Origin: Desulfosalsimonadaceae bacterium
GTDB taxonomy: Bacteria > Desulfobacterota > Desulfobacteria > Desulfobacterales > Desulfosalsimonadaceae
Assembly (NCBI GenBank): GCA_046482325.1
Contig: JAWOFF010000107.1
Span: 1,244-65,243 of the forward strand
Reading direction: 5' to 3'
Length of the DNA stretch: 64,000 bases
In this document: one piece after another, positions 48,751-59,183 of the stretch
How positions within the stretch are numbered: the first letter of the stretch is position 1
How the letters are laid out: each line of letters opens with the position of its first letter
Program-made: the position numbers and the translations under genes
The notes under the pieces: model-generated
What the model was told of the DNA's origin: nothing
The model's input: only the letters and a program-made list of their open reading frames with translations
The model's database searches: none

Positions 48751-51378
48751 TTATTCGGCCGGCGTCCCCTTCTGCAGGGCAGGACTGGTTTCTCTAATGT
48801 GTAAATCCCTCTGAGGAAAGGGAATCTGAATGCCAAGTTCTCTGAATTTCTTGTCGATGTCAAAACGGATATCTGTCTCCACATTAAGAAAATAATTGAT
48901 GTGCACCCATACACGCAACTTAAAAATCAGGGCGCTTTCTCCAAAGTCAGAAAACAGCACCTCCGGCTGTGGTCTGCGGTAGACGCGGGGATGATTGATG
49001 GCAATGCTGTTGAGTGTCTCGCGGACCAGAACGATATCAGAGCCATAGGCAACGCCCACGATAATGGAGCGCCGCACACGGGCATCCTTGAAGCTCCAGT
49101 TGGTAAGCTGGCGGCTCACAAAATCGGAGTTTGGGATGATCAGGTCGGCGTTGTCATAGGTCTTGACCTGGGTGGCGCGCACGTTGATTTTTGTCACTGT
49201 GCCCCAGATGCCGTTGATTTCAATGACGTCACCTACCTGGATGGGTCGTTCAAACAACAGAATAATACCGCTTATAAAATTGTTGAAAATATTCTGAAGT
49301 CCAAAGCCGATTCCGATACCCACGGCACCGAACAAAAAAGCCAGGGATGCCGCACTGATGCCGATGACCCGGAATACGATCATAATGCCTACCACCCAGA
49401 CGATATAACCATTGATCGTGGTGATCGAGTCCTTAAGCCCCGGCTCCATATCACGGTGGGACAGGAGCTTTTCCTTTAACAGGGACTTCCACACGATCGC
49501 CACGGTGTGGGTCAGCAATATCGCCAACACCGCTACCGCCAGGTCAAGGAGGCTGATCCGGATCTCTCCCAGACTGACCTCGTAGTTGACGGCAAAGAAA
49601 AAATCCGCCAGAAAAGTTCCCCTCGCCCCCCAGGCAACGGGGACGGCCAGCACCGCAAGAACCAGCAGACCAGTCTTGCCCAGGCGGATCAGAAGCCGAC
49701 GGATGGGCATGGGCCTTTCCTCTTCGGGCTCGAAGAAATCCTGCTCTCCTGTTTCCGCTTCCCGCACCGTGGAGAGTTCCTTTAACACCCTGTAGAAAAT
49801 CCCCAGCCACAAAAGCGCGACTGCAGTCCGGCAAAGGGATGTATACCAGAGACCGGCCATTGCTCCGTAGCCCGCCATTTCAAACCCCAGACCGACAATT
49901 ACCACGAGGTAGCCCGCAGCCGGCAACAAGGGGTGGATATAGGCAAACCACCGGCTTTGCCCGATCGGTGAGTCTTTGGCATAAAAATGGAATCTGCGCC
50001 AGAAGATAAAGCTCCATACCAGAAGCAACAGTTCAAAGGCAAAGCGCATGAGCACCAGCATCACACAGGTTTCACAAACTCCTGTCTTGAGAAGGTAGTA
50101 GACAATGCCAAAGGCCAGAATGCCGTAGAGCAGAACCCTGAAATAGGCACGCAGAAACCGGTAAAACGCGATCTCCGTATCCGCCCAGAGAGCGTCGAAA
50201 AAATTTATTCCCCAGCGGATCACCAGGATGGCAAAAAGTATATTCTCTAAAAAATCCAGAGTGATAAACAGCGGCGTGTATTGATAGGCAGCTTTAACCG
50301 GGAAAAAATGGATAAACAGCATCGCCCCTGCCATAAAAAGCGAGCGCCGGATGAGGCGAAGACCCATATACTGCCAGAAACAGCCCTTCTCCAGGCTCGT
50401 ATCCCGAAGCCGTGTAACAAACCGGCGGCAGAACCAGAGCATCCCCATAAGCGCTGCCAGGAGCAGAAAGTAAATGAGCGCAAACAGCGCATAGTCCCCC
50501 TTATCCCATATGCTGATCTCGCTCCAATAGGAATATGAGAACCAGCGCTGCATCTTTGTAATCAGCCTGGCCGCCTCGGCCTGGATCTGCTCCAGCCCCG
50601 CCCGGCTTATGGGGTTGACATTGCGCTTTAACAGCCGCTTTTGTTCACGCTCGGCGAGCACCTGCTCAAACATCCGCTCTGTCTGCTCGTACTCGGAGCG
50701 CATGCTCAGGGTTTTCTCCAGCAGATCTTCATAGACAGTCGCGCCATCCCGTAAAACCCTCTGCTGGGCGGAGAGAATCGCGATCAGGTCCTTGAGCTGG
50801 CTGCTAATCCCCCGCGCCTGCTCTGAGCGGTCGGTTTCCCCGGTCTCTTTTAGCTGCTCCTCATAGGAATTCAATTTGCTGCTGATATTTTCCTTTTTGC
50901 GGCGCAGCCGGGTAAGCTCCTCCTCCAGCTCGGCCGCGCGCTCGGAGAGCTTGTTCAGAGCTGCCAGGTGCTGGCCGTGAGCCTCGCGAAGCTCATAGGC
51001 TGCTATCGTGGGCAGCCCCAGCATGTTGCGGTGGGCGCTGAGCTGAAGCCGGTAGGAGTTCAGGCGCTCGCGGCACAACTGCCCAAACTCCCTTGCATCA
51101 CTTAGCTCCCGCGAGAGTTCCCTTAGCTGCTGCTGCTCCGCCTTGAGGCTTTCCGCGAGGGATTGATCCAGAAGCTCGTAGGAAGAAGAAACATCTCCCA
51201 CTTCCCCCTGCGAAGGATGCTCCATCTGGGCTCGGGCAAAACGGCCGCCCGCGGCCAGCAGGCACAAACACAACAGTACCAGCGCCGCCGGACGTGCAAC
51301 GGCTGCTATTCGTATTCGGACGCAGCCGCCGCTCATGGCGACTGCTTCTCTATACCCGGCATTTTTCTCCAATTTCAT
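48751..51378 (-). CDS. MscK/KefA-like mechanosensitive channel (MscS family)
   Basis: 875 aa with a signal/anchor, a long coiled-coil periplasmic region, multiple TM helices and a C-terminal MscS core (GFGLQNIFNNFISGIILLFERPIQVGDVIE). The start is uncertain. Confidence 0.85.
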   Translation of the reverse strand: MKLEKNAGYREAVAMSGGCVRIRIAAVARPAALVLLCLCLLAAGGRFARAQMEHPSQGEVGDVSSSYELLDQSLAESLKAEQQQLRELSRELSDAREFGQLCRERLNSYRLQLSAHRNMLGLPTIAAYELREAHGQHLAALNKLSERAAELEEELTRLRRKKENISSKLNSYEEQLKETGETDRSEQARGISSQLKDLIAILSAQQRVLRDGATVYEDLLEKTLSMRSEYEQTERMFEQVLAEREQKRLLKRNVNPISRAGLEQIQAEAARLITKMQRWFSYSYWSEISIWDKGDYALFALIYFLLLAALMGMLWFCRRFVTRLRDTSLEKGCFWQYMGLRLIRRSLFMAGAMLFIHFFPVKAAYQYTPLFITLDFLENILFAILVIRWGINFFDALWADTEIAFYRFLRAYFRVLLYGILAFGIVYYLLKTGVCETCVMLVLMRFAFELLLLVWSFIFWRRFHFYAKDSPIGQSRWFAYIHPLLPAAGYLVVIVGLGFEMAGYGAMAGLWYTSLCRTAVALLWLGIFYRVLKELSTVREAETGEQDFFEPEEERPMPIRRLLIRLGKTGLLVLAVLAVPVAWGARGTFLADFFFAVNYEVSLGEIRISLLDLAVAVLAILLTHTVAIVWKSLLKEKLLSHRDMEPGLKDSITTINGYIVWVVGIMIVFRVIGISAASLAFLFGAVGIGIGFGLQNIFNNFISGIILLFERPIQVGDVIEINGIWGTVTKINVRATQVKTYDNADLIIPNSDFVSRQLTNWSFKDARVRRSIIVGVAYGSDIVLVRETLNSIAINHPRVYRRPQPEVLFSDFGESALIFKLRVWVHINYFLNVETDIRFDIDKKFRELGIQIPFPQRDLHIRETSPALQKGTPAE

Positions 51379-51406
51379 TGAATCCCGGTCGCAATCGGAT
51401 TATAAT
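51378..51406 (+). promoter_or_regulatory. candidate sigma70 promoter of the ABC exporter operon
   Basis: TTGAAT (51378..51383), a 17-nt spacer, then TATAAT (51401..51406), about 100 nt upstream of ATG 51509. Confidence 0.5.
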
Positions 51407-51508
51407 AGGTATTTTTGGATTACACAGGCTGGGATCTAGCCAATTGTTTTCTGCCGTGAAACTCTTTACTTATAGCATAATGGATCTGTCGGAAACAAAG
51501 AAAAAGCA

Positions 51509-53242
51509 ATGCAGTCCTTCAAACTGTTAAAACCATATTTCTATCAGCGCCGCAGGCTGATAGCCGCAGGCATTCTCTGCCTAATGGCCGTGGATATTCT
51601 CCAGCTGTTTATTCCCCGGGTGATAAAATGGGCGGTAGATGATCTGACAGCCCGCTCTATCGATTGGGCCGGGCTTGCCACCTATGCCGGAGAAATCCTT
51701 CTCATCGCGGGCTTCATGGCCATACTGCGCTTTACCTGGCGCCGCCTGTTAATCGGCACTTCCCGGGTAGTGGAAGAGGGGCTGCGCAACCGGCTGTTTG
51801 CCCACCTCCAGACGCTGACGGCCTCCTATTTTGAGCAGGTCAAAACCGGCGACCTGATGGCACATGCCACAAATGACATCAACAACATCCGCATGGCTGT
51901 CGGCATGGGCATGGTGGCCTTTACCGACGCCGTGTTCCTGGGGTTGGCCGCAATCGGCTTTATGGCTTATATCAACATAAAACTTACTTTGTTCGCACTG
52001 ATCCCCATGCCGATAATCATCTTTATGACCCGCAAGCTCGGCCAGAAAATGCACCGTCGCTACACCACCGTCCAGCAGAGCTTCTCCGCCCTCACCGAGA
52101 CGGCACGTGAGAGCTTTTCCGGCATCCGCATCGTCAAGGCCTATACTATGGAAGACACGGAATACCGGCGCCTGGAGAAAAACTCCTCCGACTATATCCG
52201 GCAGAACCTCAGGCTGGTGCGCATTACCGGAGGCTTTTTCCCCATGATGCTGCTCTTTACAAACATCAGCCTGACCATTGTCATCTTTCTTGGCGGCAGG
52301 CAAACCATTTCCGGGCTTATCACGGCCGGGGATTTCGTTGCCTTCATTAACTACCTGAACCTGCTCACCTGGCCCATGATGGCCATGGGATGGGTAACCA
52401 ATCTCATTCAGCGGGGAGCGGCGAGTCTGGACCGTATAGACCGGATCCTGCAAACACGGCCGGAAATTACCGAAGCCCCGGAGGCGGTGCCCATATCCAC
52501 AGCAAACGGGGATCTCCGTTTTGAGTCGGTTTCATTCACTTATCCCGGACATGCGGAACAGGCGCTTTCGGATTTGTCCTTTCATATCGCGCCCGGCCGG
52601 ATACTGGGCATCGTGGGCCCTCAGGGCAGCGGCAAAACCAGTTTATTGAAGCTGATTCCCAGACTCTATGACGTGAGTAGCGGCCGCATCACCATGGACG
52701 GAACCGACATCCGCCGAATCAGGATAGAAGACCTTCGTCGCCAGATCGGATTTGTCCCCCAGGAGCCGTTTCTGTTTTCCGGAACCATTCGCGAAAACGT
52801 GGCTTTCGGCAAAACCGCGGACGACAATGCAATAATGAAGGCACTGGAAGCCGCCTGCCTCGGGGAAACTGTTGCGGCACTTCCCGAGGGCCTGGAAACT
52901 ATTGTGGGCGAAAAGGGCGTAACACTCTCCGGCGGGCAGAAGCAGCGCATCGTGCTCGCCCGCGCCCTTATACAAAATCCGCCGGTGCTCCTGCTTGACG
53001 ATCCTGTTGGCCAGGTGGACGCAAGAACCGCCTCCGGCATCATAGACACCATCAGCTCGCTGTCCGGCCGGCGCAGCATTGCTATAGCCTCGCACAGAAT
53101 TTCCGCGGTCTCTTTCGCCGACAGGATCATGGTCCTGGACCAGGGACGGTGCACGGCCTTTGGAACTCACAGGCAGCTGCTTGAACAAAGCTTCTATTAC
53201 GCCCGGACCGACATGCTGCAGAGGCTGGAAAACCAGGATTGA
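51509..53242 (+). CDS. ABC exporter fused permease/ATPase subunit (MdlA-like half transporter)
   Basis: 577 aa with a six-TM exporter domain, Walker A GPQGSGKTSL and signature LSGGQKQR. It overlaps the next gene by 4 nt. Confidence 0.9.
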   Translation: MQSFKLLKPYFYQRRRLIAAGILCLMAVDILQLFIPRVIKWAVDDLTARSIDWAGLATYAGEILLIAGFMAILRFTWRRLLIGTSRVVEEGLRNRLFAHLQTLTASYFEQVKTGDLMAHATNDINNIRMAVGMGMVAFTDAVFLGLAAIGFMAYINIKLTLFALIPMPIIIFMTRKLGQKMHRRYTTVQQSFSALTETARESFSGIRIVKAYTMEDTEYRRLEKNSSDYIRQNLRLVRITGGFFPMMLLFTNISLTIVIFLGGRQTISGLITAGDFVAFINYLNLLTWPMMAMGWVTNLIQRGAASLDRIDRILQTRPEITEAPEAVPISTANGDLRFESVSFTYPGHAEQALSDLSFHIAPGRILGIVGPQGSGKTSLLKLIPRLYDVSSGRITMDGTDIRRIRIEDLRRQIGFVPQEPFLFSGTIRENVAFGKTADDNAIMKALEAACLGETVAALPEGLETIVGEKGVTLSGGQKQRIVLARALIQNPPVLLLDDPVGQVDARTASGIIDTISSLSGRRSIAIASHRISAVSFADRIMVLDQGRCTAFGTHRQLLEQSFYYARTDMLQRLENQD

Positions 53243-55224
53243 GTGAGGAAATGGACAACAAAGCCCAATTCAGCGAAAAACAGCTCGGAAAATCCCAGGA
53301 TATGCGGCTGCTCCGCCGGCTCTACCCATTTGCCCGGCCCTACCGCCTGCTGCTTCTTGCCACCTTGGGCCTAATGATTCTTATAACGGTATGCGAACTC
53401 GGCATTCCCTATATTACCAAAATCGCCATAGACAGCTACATAGTGCCCGGATACGGCGGACAGGAGCGGCAGGCAGAAAAAGAATGGCCGGTTTTGGAGG
53501 TGGACCTCTCAAACCCGGAGATATCCGTCATTGTGGAGGCCCATCCCGGGAAATTCGATATATCCGGAGGCACGGCTGCAATCGAGTACCGGAAAACTGC
53601 GGAACTGCCCCCCGGCCAGGCAGCCAGGCTGCGGCAGTCTGATATGGACGGCCTTGTATATGCCGCCGTGGCGCTGTTGTTCATCGTCTTTCTCAACTTC
53701 GGGGCCAGTTTTTTCCAGGTTTTTTTAATGGAAACCATCGGCCAGGGGATCATGCATGATCTCCGGATGAACCTGTTCTCGCACTTGCAGAGCCTCTCCC
53801 TGCGCTTTTTTACGCAAAACCCCACTGGCAGACTGGTAACACGGGTGACCAACGACATCCAGAACATGCATGAAATGTTTACCTCGGTTATCATTTTCGT
53901 CCTCAAGGACCTGTTTTTGGTTACCGGCATTACCATTGTGTTGTTTTCCATCGACTGGCAGCTGGCCCTTGCCTCCTATGCAATATTCCCCTTTGTATTC
54001 TACGCGGCCGGCAAATTTGCCGGTACGGCCCGGGGTGCCTTCCGCACCCTGAGGGTCAAGCTGGCTGAAATCAATTCGCAGTTCGCAGAAACCATCGGCG
54101 GTATGGCCGTAGTCCAGCTGTTCCGCCGGGAAACGGCCAACTTTGCCGCGTTCCGGAATTTAAACCACGATTATTTCTCCGCGGGCATGCGCCAGATAAC
54201 GGTGTTTGCCTTTTTCATGCCATTTATTGAGCTGATGAGTTCGGTGGTGCTGGCCGTGGTCATCTTCTACGGGGGAACAAGCCTTCTTGCCGGGCGCATC
54301 ACTCTTGGGACCCTTGTCGTGTTTATTTCCTACCTGCGGATGTTTTTCCGGCCCATACGCGATATCGCGGAAAAATACAACATCACCTTAAATGCCATGT
54401 CCTCCGCCGAGCGCATATTCCTGCTGCTGGAGGAAAACGACCGGGAAGGCAGAAAGCAGGAGCGGCAGGAGACAGAGCTTATGCCCGTCCCGGAAAAAAT
54501 AGAGGAGATTACATTTGACCGCGTATGGTTTTCTTATACCCCCGGACAACCGGTCTTGCAGGACATCTCCCTCTCCATCCGGGGCGGCAAGACCGTTGCG
54601 GTTGTCGGCCCCACGGGCGCAGGCAAAACATCGCTGATCAACCTGATCGCGCGCTTCTATGAACCGGATGCAGGCAGTATCCGCCTCAACGAAGAAGCCA
54701 TTGAAAACTTCCCGATTGAAAAACTGCGCTCAAAAATCGCCCTGGTCATGCAGGATCCTTTCCTGTTTTCCGGCTCCATAAAAGAAAACATTTTTCCCGG
54801 CAGGGCTTCTTCTGTCAGTGAGGAAACCTTTCACCGTGTTCTGGAACACGCCAACTGCAGCGGCTTTATCAAGCGCCTCCCTGATGGCGAAAACACTCCG
54901 CTCTCGGAAGGCGCGAGCTCGCTTTCCAGCGGCCAGCGACAGCTGCTCGCCATCGCACGGGCCCTGGCAATGGATCCGGAACTGATAATTTTTGACGAGG
55001 CCACCTCATACATCGACTCGGAAACCGAGCAGCAGATCCAGCAGGCGCTCGCCAACCTGCTGGCCGGCCGCACCGCCATCCTGATTGCCCACCGGCTGTC
55101 CACCGCCAAAATCGCAGATACCATCCTGGTCATGAATCACGGTTGCATTATCGAATCCGGCACCCACGAGCAGCTCATGGCGGCAAACGGCTTTTACAGG
55201 CGGATGGTGGAAATCCAGGGATAA
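53239..55224 (+). CDS. ABC exporter fused permease/ATPase subunit (MdlB-like half transporter) with an enlarged first external loop
   Basis: 661 aa with Walker A GPTGAGKTSL and signature LSSGQRQL. About 70 extra residues lie between TM1 and TM2. Confidence 0.9.
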   Translation: MSEEMDNKAQFSEKQLGKSQDMRLLRRLYPFARPYRLLLLATLGLMILITVCELGIPYITKIAIDSYIVPGYGGQERQAEKEWPVLEVDLSNPEISVIVEAHPGKFDISGGTAAIEYRKTAELPPGQAARLRQSDMDGLVYAAVALLFIVFLNFGASFFQVFLMETIGQGIMHDLRMNLFSHLQSLSLRFFTQNPTGRLVTRVTNDIQNMHEMFTSVIIFVLKDLFLVTGITIVLFSIDWQLALASYAIFPFVFYAAGKFAGTARGAFRTLRVKLAEINSQFAETIGGMAVVQLFRRETANFAAFRNLNHDYFSAGMRQITVFAFFMPFIELMSSVVLAVVIFYGGTSLLAGRITLGTLVVFISYLRMFFRPIRDIAEKYNITLNAMSSAERIFLLLEENDREGRKQERQETELMPVPEKIEEITFDRVWFSYTPGQPVLQDISLSIRGGKTVAVVGPTGAGKTSLINLIARFYEPDAGSIRLNEEAIENFPIEKLRSKIALVMQDPFLFSGSIKENIFPGRASSVSEETFHRVLEHANCSGFIKRLPDGENTPLSEGASSLSSGQRQLLAIARALAMDPELIIFDEATSYIDSETEQQIQQALANLLAGRTAILIAHRLSTAKIADTILVMNHGCIIESGTHEQLMAANGFYRRMVEIQG

Positions 55225-55250
55225 TGGCGAAAAAACCTTCCTGATAGTTC

Positions 55251-55279
55251 TTGTCAAAAGAGGAATAAAATGGTATTAA
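55251..55279 (+). promoter_or_regulatory. candidate promoter of fhs
   Basis: TTGTCA (55251..55256), a 17-nt spacer, then TATTAA (55274..55279). SD AAGGAG lies before ATG 55357. Confidence 0.35.
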
Positions 55280-55356
55280 TTATTTTTAATGTAAGGTATG
55301 AGTCGTAACTTGCGAATAATATTGATTATTAACCTAAACGCCAAAGGAGAAAAGAC

Positions 55357-57120
55357 ATGGCATATGATGTAAGCAAAATGGCCGACTGGCAGATTTCCGA
55401 AGCGGCGGAGCAGAACATGCCCATGCCCGAGGAGTGGCAGGACAAGCTGGGACTCTCCCGGGAAGAGATGATCCCCATGGGCCGGCTGTCCAAGCTCGAC
55501 TTTCTTAAAATCATGAACCGGATGCAGGACAAACCGGACGGGAAATACATCGAGGTCACCGCCATCACGCCCACCCCGCTCGGAGAGGGCAAAAGCACCA
55601 CATCCGTGGGTCTCATGGAGGGGCTGGGCAAGCGCGGCAAAAGCGTGGGGGGTGCCCTGCGCCAGCCTTCCGGCGGACCGACCATGAATATCAAGGGATC
55701 TGCAGCCGGCGGCGGCAATGCCATCCTGATTCCCATGACCGAGTTCTCCCTGGGTCTGACCGGCGATATCAACGACATCATGAACGCCCACAACCTGGCC
55801 ATGGTCGCAATGACCGCCAGGATGCAGCATGAACGCAATTACGGCCCGGAAAAAATCGAGAGGCTCTCCGGCATTCCGGCCTTAAACATTGATCCCAACC
55901 GCGTGGAGATGAACTGGATTATCGACTACTGCGCCCAGGCCCTGCGAAAGATGGTCATCGGCCTCGGCGGCCGCGCCAACGGCTACACAATGGAATCCGG
56001 CTTCAACATCGCGGTCAGCTCCGAGTGCATGGCTATCCTGGCCGTTGCCAAAGATCTGGCCGATCTCAGAGAGAAATTAGGCAACATCACGGTGGGCTTT
56101 GACTTAAACGGCAACCGCGTCACCACCGGCGACCTGAAGGTCGGCGGCGCCATGACCGCCTGGATGAGAAACACCATCAACCCCACGCTGATGTGCACTG
56201 CCGAATACCAGCCCTGCTTCGTGCACGCGGGACCCTTCGCCAACATCGCTGTCGGCCAGTCCTCCATCATTGCCGACCGGGTCGGCCTGAAGATGTTTGA
56301 CTACCATGTCACAGAGAGTGGCTTTGCCGCGGATATCGGTTTTGAGAAGTTCTGGAACGTCAAATGCCGCAACAGTGGACTTAAACCCCACGTTTCCGTG
56401 CTTACCTCCACCATCCGGGCACTGAAGATGCATGGCGGTGGCCCCAAGGTCATTCCGGGCCGTCCCCTGCCCGAGGAATACACCAAGGAAAACCTGGAGC
56501 TCCTGGAAAAAGGCATTGAAAACATGGTCCACATGATCGGCGTAATCCGCAAGGCCGGGATTAACCCGGTGGTCTGCGTCAACTGCTTCCCCACAGACAC
56601 CAAGGCGGAAATTGATCTTGTAAAGAAACGGGCCGAGGAAGCCGGCGCCCGCTGCGCCCCCTCCACCCATTTCATGGACGGCGGCGACGGCGCCCTTGAA
56701 CTTGCGGATGCCGTGATCGAGGCCTGCGAGGAAGAATCCAGGTTTGATTTCCTATATTCCATGGATAAGACCCTGCGCGAGCGCGTAGACATTATTGCCC
56801 GCGAGGTCTACGGAGCAGACGGCGTGGATTGGCTGCCGGATGCCGAGAAGAAACTCGAAATGGTCGATGCAGATCCCCAGTTCAAGGAGTACGCTACCAT
56901 GATGGCCAAGACGCACCTGAGCCTGTCTCATGAGCCAACCTGGAAGGGCGTTCCCAAAAACTGGAGACTCCCCGTACGCGATATTTACATCTACTCCGGC
57001 TCCAAGTTCCTGGTACCTGTTGCCGGCGCCATCCCCTTTATGCCCGGCACAAGCTCCAACCCGGCCTACACCAAGGTCGATGTGGACACCGAAACCGGCA
57101 AGGTCTCAGGCCTGTTCTAG
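55357..57120 (+). CDS. fhs: formate--tetrahydrofolate ligase
   Basis: 587 aa with the [17 protein letters not shown]-loop region and collinear FTHFS sequence. Confidence 0.95.
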   Translation: MAYDVSKMADWQISEAAEQNMPMPEEWQDKLGLSREEMIPMGRLSKLDFLKIMNRMQDKPDGKYIEVTAITPTPLGEGKSTTSVGLMEGLGKRGKSVGGALRQPSGGPTMNIKGSAAGGGNAILIPMTEFSLGLTGDINDIMNAHNLAMVAMTARMQHERNYGPEKIERLSGIPALNIDPNRVEMNWIIDYCAQALRKMVIGLGGRANGYTMESGFNIAVSSECMAILAVAKDLADLREKLGNITVGFDLNGNRVTTGDLKVGGAMTAWMRNTINPTLMCTAEYQPCFVHAGPFANIAVGQSSIIADRVGLKMFDYHVTESGFAADIGFEKFWNVKCRNSGLKPHVSVLTSTIRALKMHGGGPKVIPGRPLPEEYTKENLELLEKGIENMVHMIGVIRKAGINPVVCVNCFPTDTKAEIDLVKKRAEEAGARCAPSTHFMDGGDGALELADAVIEACEEESRFDFLYSMDKTLRERVDIIAREVYGADGVDWLPDAEKKLEMVDADPQFKEYATMMAKTHLSLSHEPTWKGVPKNWRLPVRDIYIYSGSKFLVPVAGAIPFMPGTSSNPAYTKVDVDTETGKVSGLF

Positions 57121-57147
57121 AAAAATTCCAGAACGCCGGACCCACTC

Positions 57148-57184
57148 AAAAGCCCCGGGAGGCAGAGGCCTTCCGGGGCTTTTT
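57148..57184. terminator. bidirectional rho-independent terminator between the convergent fhs and speB genes
   Basis: AGCCCCGG (57151..57158) pairs with CCGGGGCT (57173..57180), extended by GAGG/CCTT. AAAA lies on the left and TTTT on the right. Confidence 0.8.
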
Positions 57185-57226
57185 CGCTTCGCGCATGGAT
57201 CTTACGGCTTTCGCTTGCGCTCCCGA

Positions 57227-58099
57227 TTATTTCACGCAGTACACAAACAGTTTGGTGGCGAGTTTGGCCGCGGTGAATTCGGATACTACGGAGCCTTCCA
57301 CCTTGGCCAGCTCGTTGATATCAGCAGCCACCACGTTTTTCTCCGTACCGACCCGCCGGATGAGCTCAACTGCCTGGCGGTAGTTCATCCCGCCGGGCAC
57401 GGGCGTACCTGTACCGGGCATGACGCTGGGGTCCAGACCGTCAAGATCAATGCTTATGTATACGTTATCCGGCAGCGCGTATATCACGTCATCCATCCAG
57501 GAGTCATCGCCCGGACTGAGATTGTGGGCGTAAAACGGATACAGGTGATGTGTCTTGATATAGTCGTATTCCTCCGGACAGAAGGAGCGTATGCCCACCT
57601 GGACAAACGGAAGCTTTAGATCCTCGCCGATCCGGCGCATCACGCATGCGTGGTTATAGCGGCTGCCGTTCCAGTGATCGCGCAGGTCCAAATGCGCATC
57701 CACCTGCAGCACGCCCACCTCCGGATACCGCTTAGCCACAGCCCTGCTTAAACCAATGGTAATGGCGTGATCTCCGCCAACGGAAAACAGAAACTGATCG
57801 CCGGCCAGATACTTTGCTGCGGTCTCCTCAATTGCCGTCACCGCCTGCTCCGGCTCCTCTCCCGGAAACAAACCGGGAAGTGTATGAATTCCCAGATGAC
57901 GCCAATCAACCAGTGTTTCCTCATCCAAACACTCTAGTTCACACGAGGCCTGCAGCAGGTGATAGGGTCCCCGGCCGGCTCCGATGCCAAAAGAAGGGGC
58001 CACTTCGTAATAAATGGGCAACACCACCACCTGTGCCTCCCCGATATCCAGGGTGTGGATCGCCTCGCCGCCAAACGGAATAAAGGTCTGCTGTGTCAT
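57227..58099 (-). CDS. speB: agmatinase (ureohydrolase family)
   Basis: 290 aa with GGDHAITIG, VDAHLDLRD and SIDLDGLDPS metal-binding motifs. It abuts pdaD. Confidence 0.9.
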   Translation of the reverse strand: MTQQTFIPFGGEAIHTLDIGEAQVVVLPIYYEVAPSFGIGAGRGPYHLLQASCELECLDEETLVDWRHLGIHTLPGLFPGEEPEQAVTAIEETAAKYLAGDQFLFSVGGDHAITIGLSRAVAKRYPEVGVLQVDAHLDLRDHWNGSRYNHACVMRRIGEDLKLPFVQVGIRSFCPEEYDYIKTHHLYPFYAHNLSPGDDSWMDDVIYALPDNVYISIDLDGLDPSVMPGTGTPVPGGMNYRQAVELIRRVGTEKNVVAADINELAKVEGSVVSEFTAAKLATKLFVYCVK

Positions 58100-58644
58100 T
58101 ATTTCACAAATATGGCTGCTGCCAGTACGGTTGTCCAGAGCTGGCCCTCCGCGCCGAGGGCTGCCTGGCTGATATGCCTGGAATGAATGATTTTGCCCGA
58201 CATCTTGTATATATCACGGCGTTCATCATAATCCTTATCCGGATCAAATTCAATACCCAAAGTATTGGCCAGCATGGAAGCGGCAATATCTTCTGCAAAC
58301 TCGCCGGCTTCGGTCTCGGTCTGCCCGTAGCCGTGATGCTCGGACAAGTAGCCGTAGCGTTCATTGCCCTCCGGCAGGGCCAGGCCGATGCTTGCCACCA
58401 GTCTTCGGCCGGGCTCCCGGCTTTCCTCCTTGGCCATTACACAATGGGTGATTTCGCCGGCCTCAAGCTTGGCAAGCCCCTCTTCCTTGTCCAGGATCCT
58501 GCAACCCGGCGGAAAAATAGAGGATACCTGCACAAGGTTCAAATGCGCGATGCCCGCATCGCGCAGAGCATTCTCAAACGAGGCCAGCTGCGCTTTATCC
58601 CTCCCCACGCCTTTTGTAAAAAAAATATATCTCGGCACATACAT
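58099..58644 (-). CDS. pdaD: pyruvoyl-dependent arginine decarboxylase
   Basis: 181 aa. [14 protein letters not shown] and [12 protein letters not shown] (Ser-Ser self-cleavage region) are typical of PvlArgDC. Confidence 0.9.
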   Translation of the reverse strand: MYVPRYIFFTKGVGRDKAQLASFENALRDAGIAHLNLVQVSSIFPPGCRILDKEEGLAKLEAGEITHCVMAKEESREPGRRLVASIGLALPEGNERYGYLSEHHGYGQTETEAGEFAEDIAASMLANTLGIEFDPDKDYDERRDIYKMSGKIIHSRHISQAALGAEGQLWTTVLAAAIFVK

Positions 58645-58723
58645 GGCTACCGCTCCCTCTGTTTCCCGATACTGCCCGCTCCCAATGGAACCAGACCAAC
58701 AGGGACGACACAGGCAACTAATT

Positions 58724-58753
58724 TTTGTAATTTGCTGAAGGGGAATTTGTCAA
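58724..58753 (-). promoter_or_regulatory. candidate promoter of pdaD-speB
   Basis: The minus strand has TTGACA (58753..58748), an 18-nt spacer, then TACAAA (58729..58724). It overlaps the divergent plus-strand promoter. Confidence 0.3.
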
Positions 58754-58760
58754 ATATAAT
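58732..58760 (+). promoter_or_regulatory. candidate sigma70 promoter reading toward 58893
   Basis: TTGCTG (58732..58737), a 17-nt spacer, then consensus TATAAT (58755..58760). Confidence 0.5.
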
Positions 58761-58825
58761 CGCAAAAAGCGTATCACCTGCCGGATGATTTTCTACGGCC
58801 ACCTCTTGCCAACCGCAAGGCGAAC

Positions 58826-58878
58826 CTGATATAGAAATAGTTGTTGCCCGGCCCTGTCCGCAATTTATTCTATATCAG
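58826..58878. repeat. perfect 11-bp inverted repeat CTGATATAGAA / TTCTATATCAG separated by 31 nt
   Basis: Arms at 58826..58836 and 58868..58878. It lies in the leader between the candidate promoter and ATG 58893. Confidence 0.8.
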
Positions 58879-58892
58879 ATTGCCGCATAAAT

Positions 58893-59183
58893 ATGAAGAT
58901 GAAACTGGATTTAAGCCGCCACTGCATTGAAACCGAAATGAAACGGCAGTACAACAAGGCCCTGTCCCAATACTTCAAGGCGAAGACCGATGCGGACAGG
59001 CAGCCCCTGGAGGCCCGAATCGATATGCTGCAGAAGGGCCTGGAAAACTTTGACTTCAACCGCCTGCGCGCCGGATATCCTGAGCTGCGTGGCGATATTG
59101 AAGCCGAGATCAGCCTTGCCTCGCAAGAAGAAGAAAAGCCCCCGCTCATTCTGATTAATGGAGAAAAAATCGATGCATATTAA
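58893..59183 (+). CDS. hypothetical small protein (96 aa), coding status uncertain
   Basis: Open frame in an unoccupied region with no clear SD. I recognise no family. It overlaps the next ORF. Confidence 0.35.
   Translation: MKMKLDLSRHCIETEMKRQYNKALSQYFKAKTDADRQPLEARIDMLQKGLENFDFNRLRAGYPELRGDIEAEISLASQEEEKPPLILINGEKIDAY

Noticed and set aside
55225-55356. ZTP (pfl) or THF riboswitch upstream of fhs; also checked upstream of purH (41922..41962)
   Set aside because: The leaders are short and AT-rich. They have no GGGUCG...CCGCCUGGGC-like pseudoknot elements and no obvious conserved helices.
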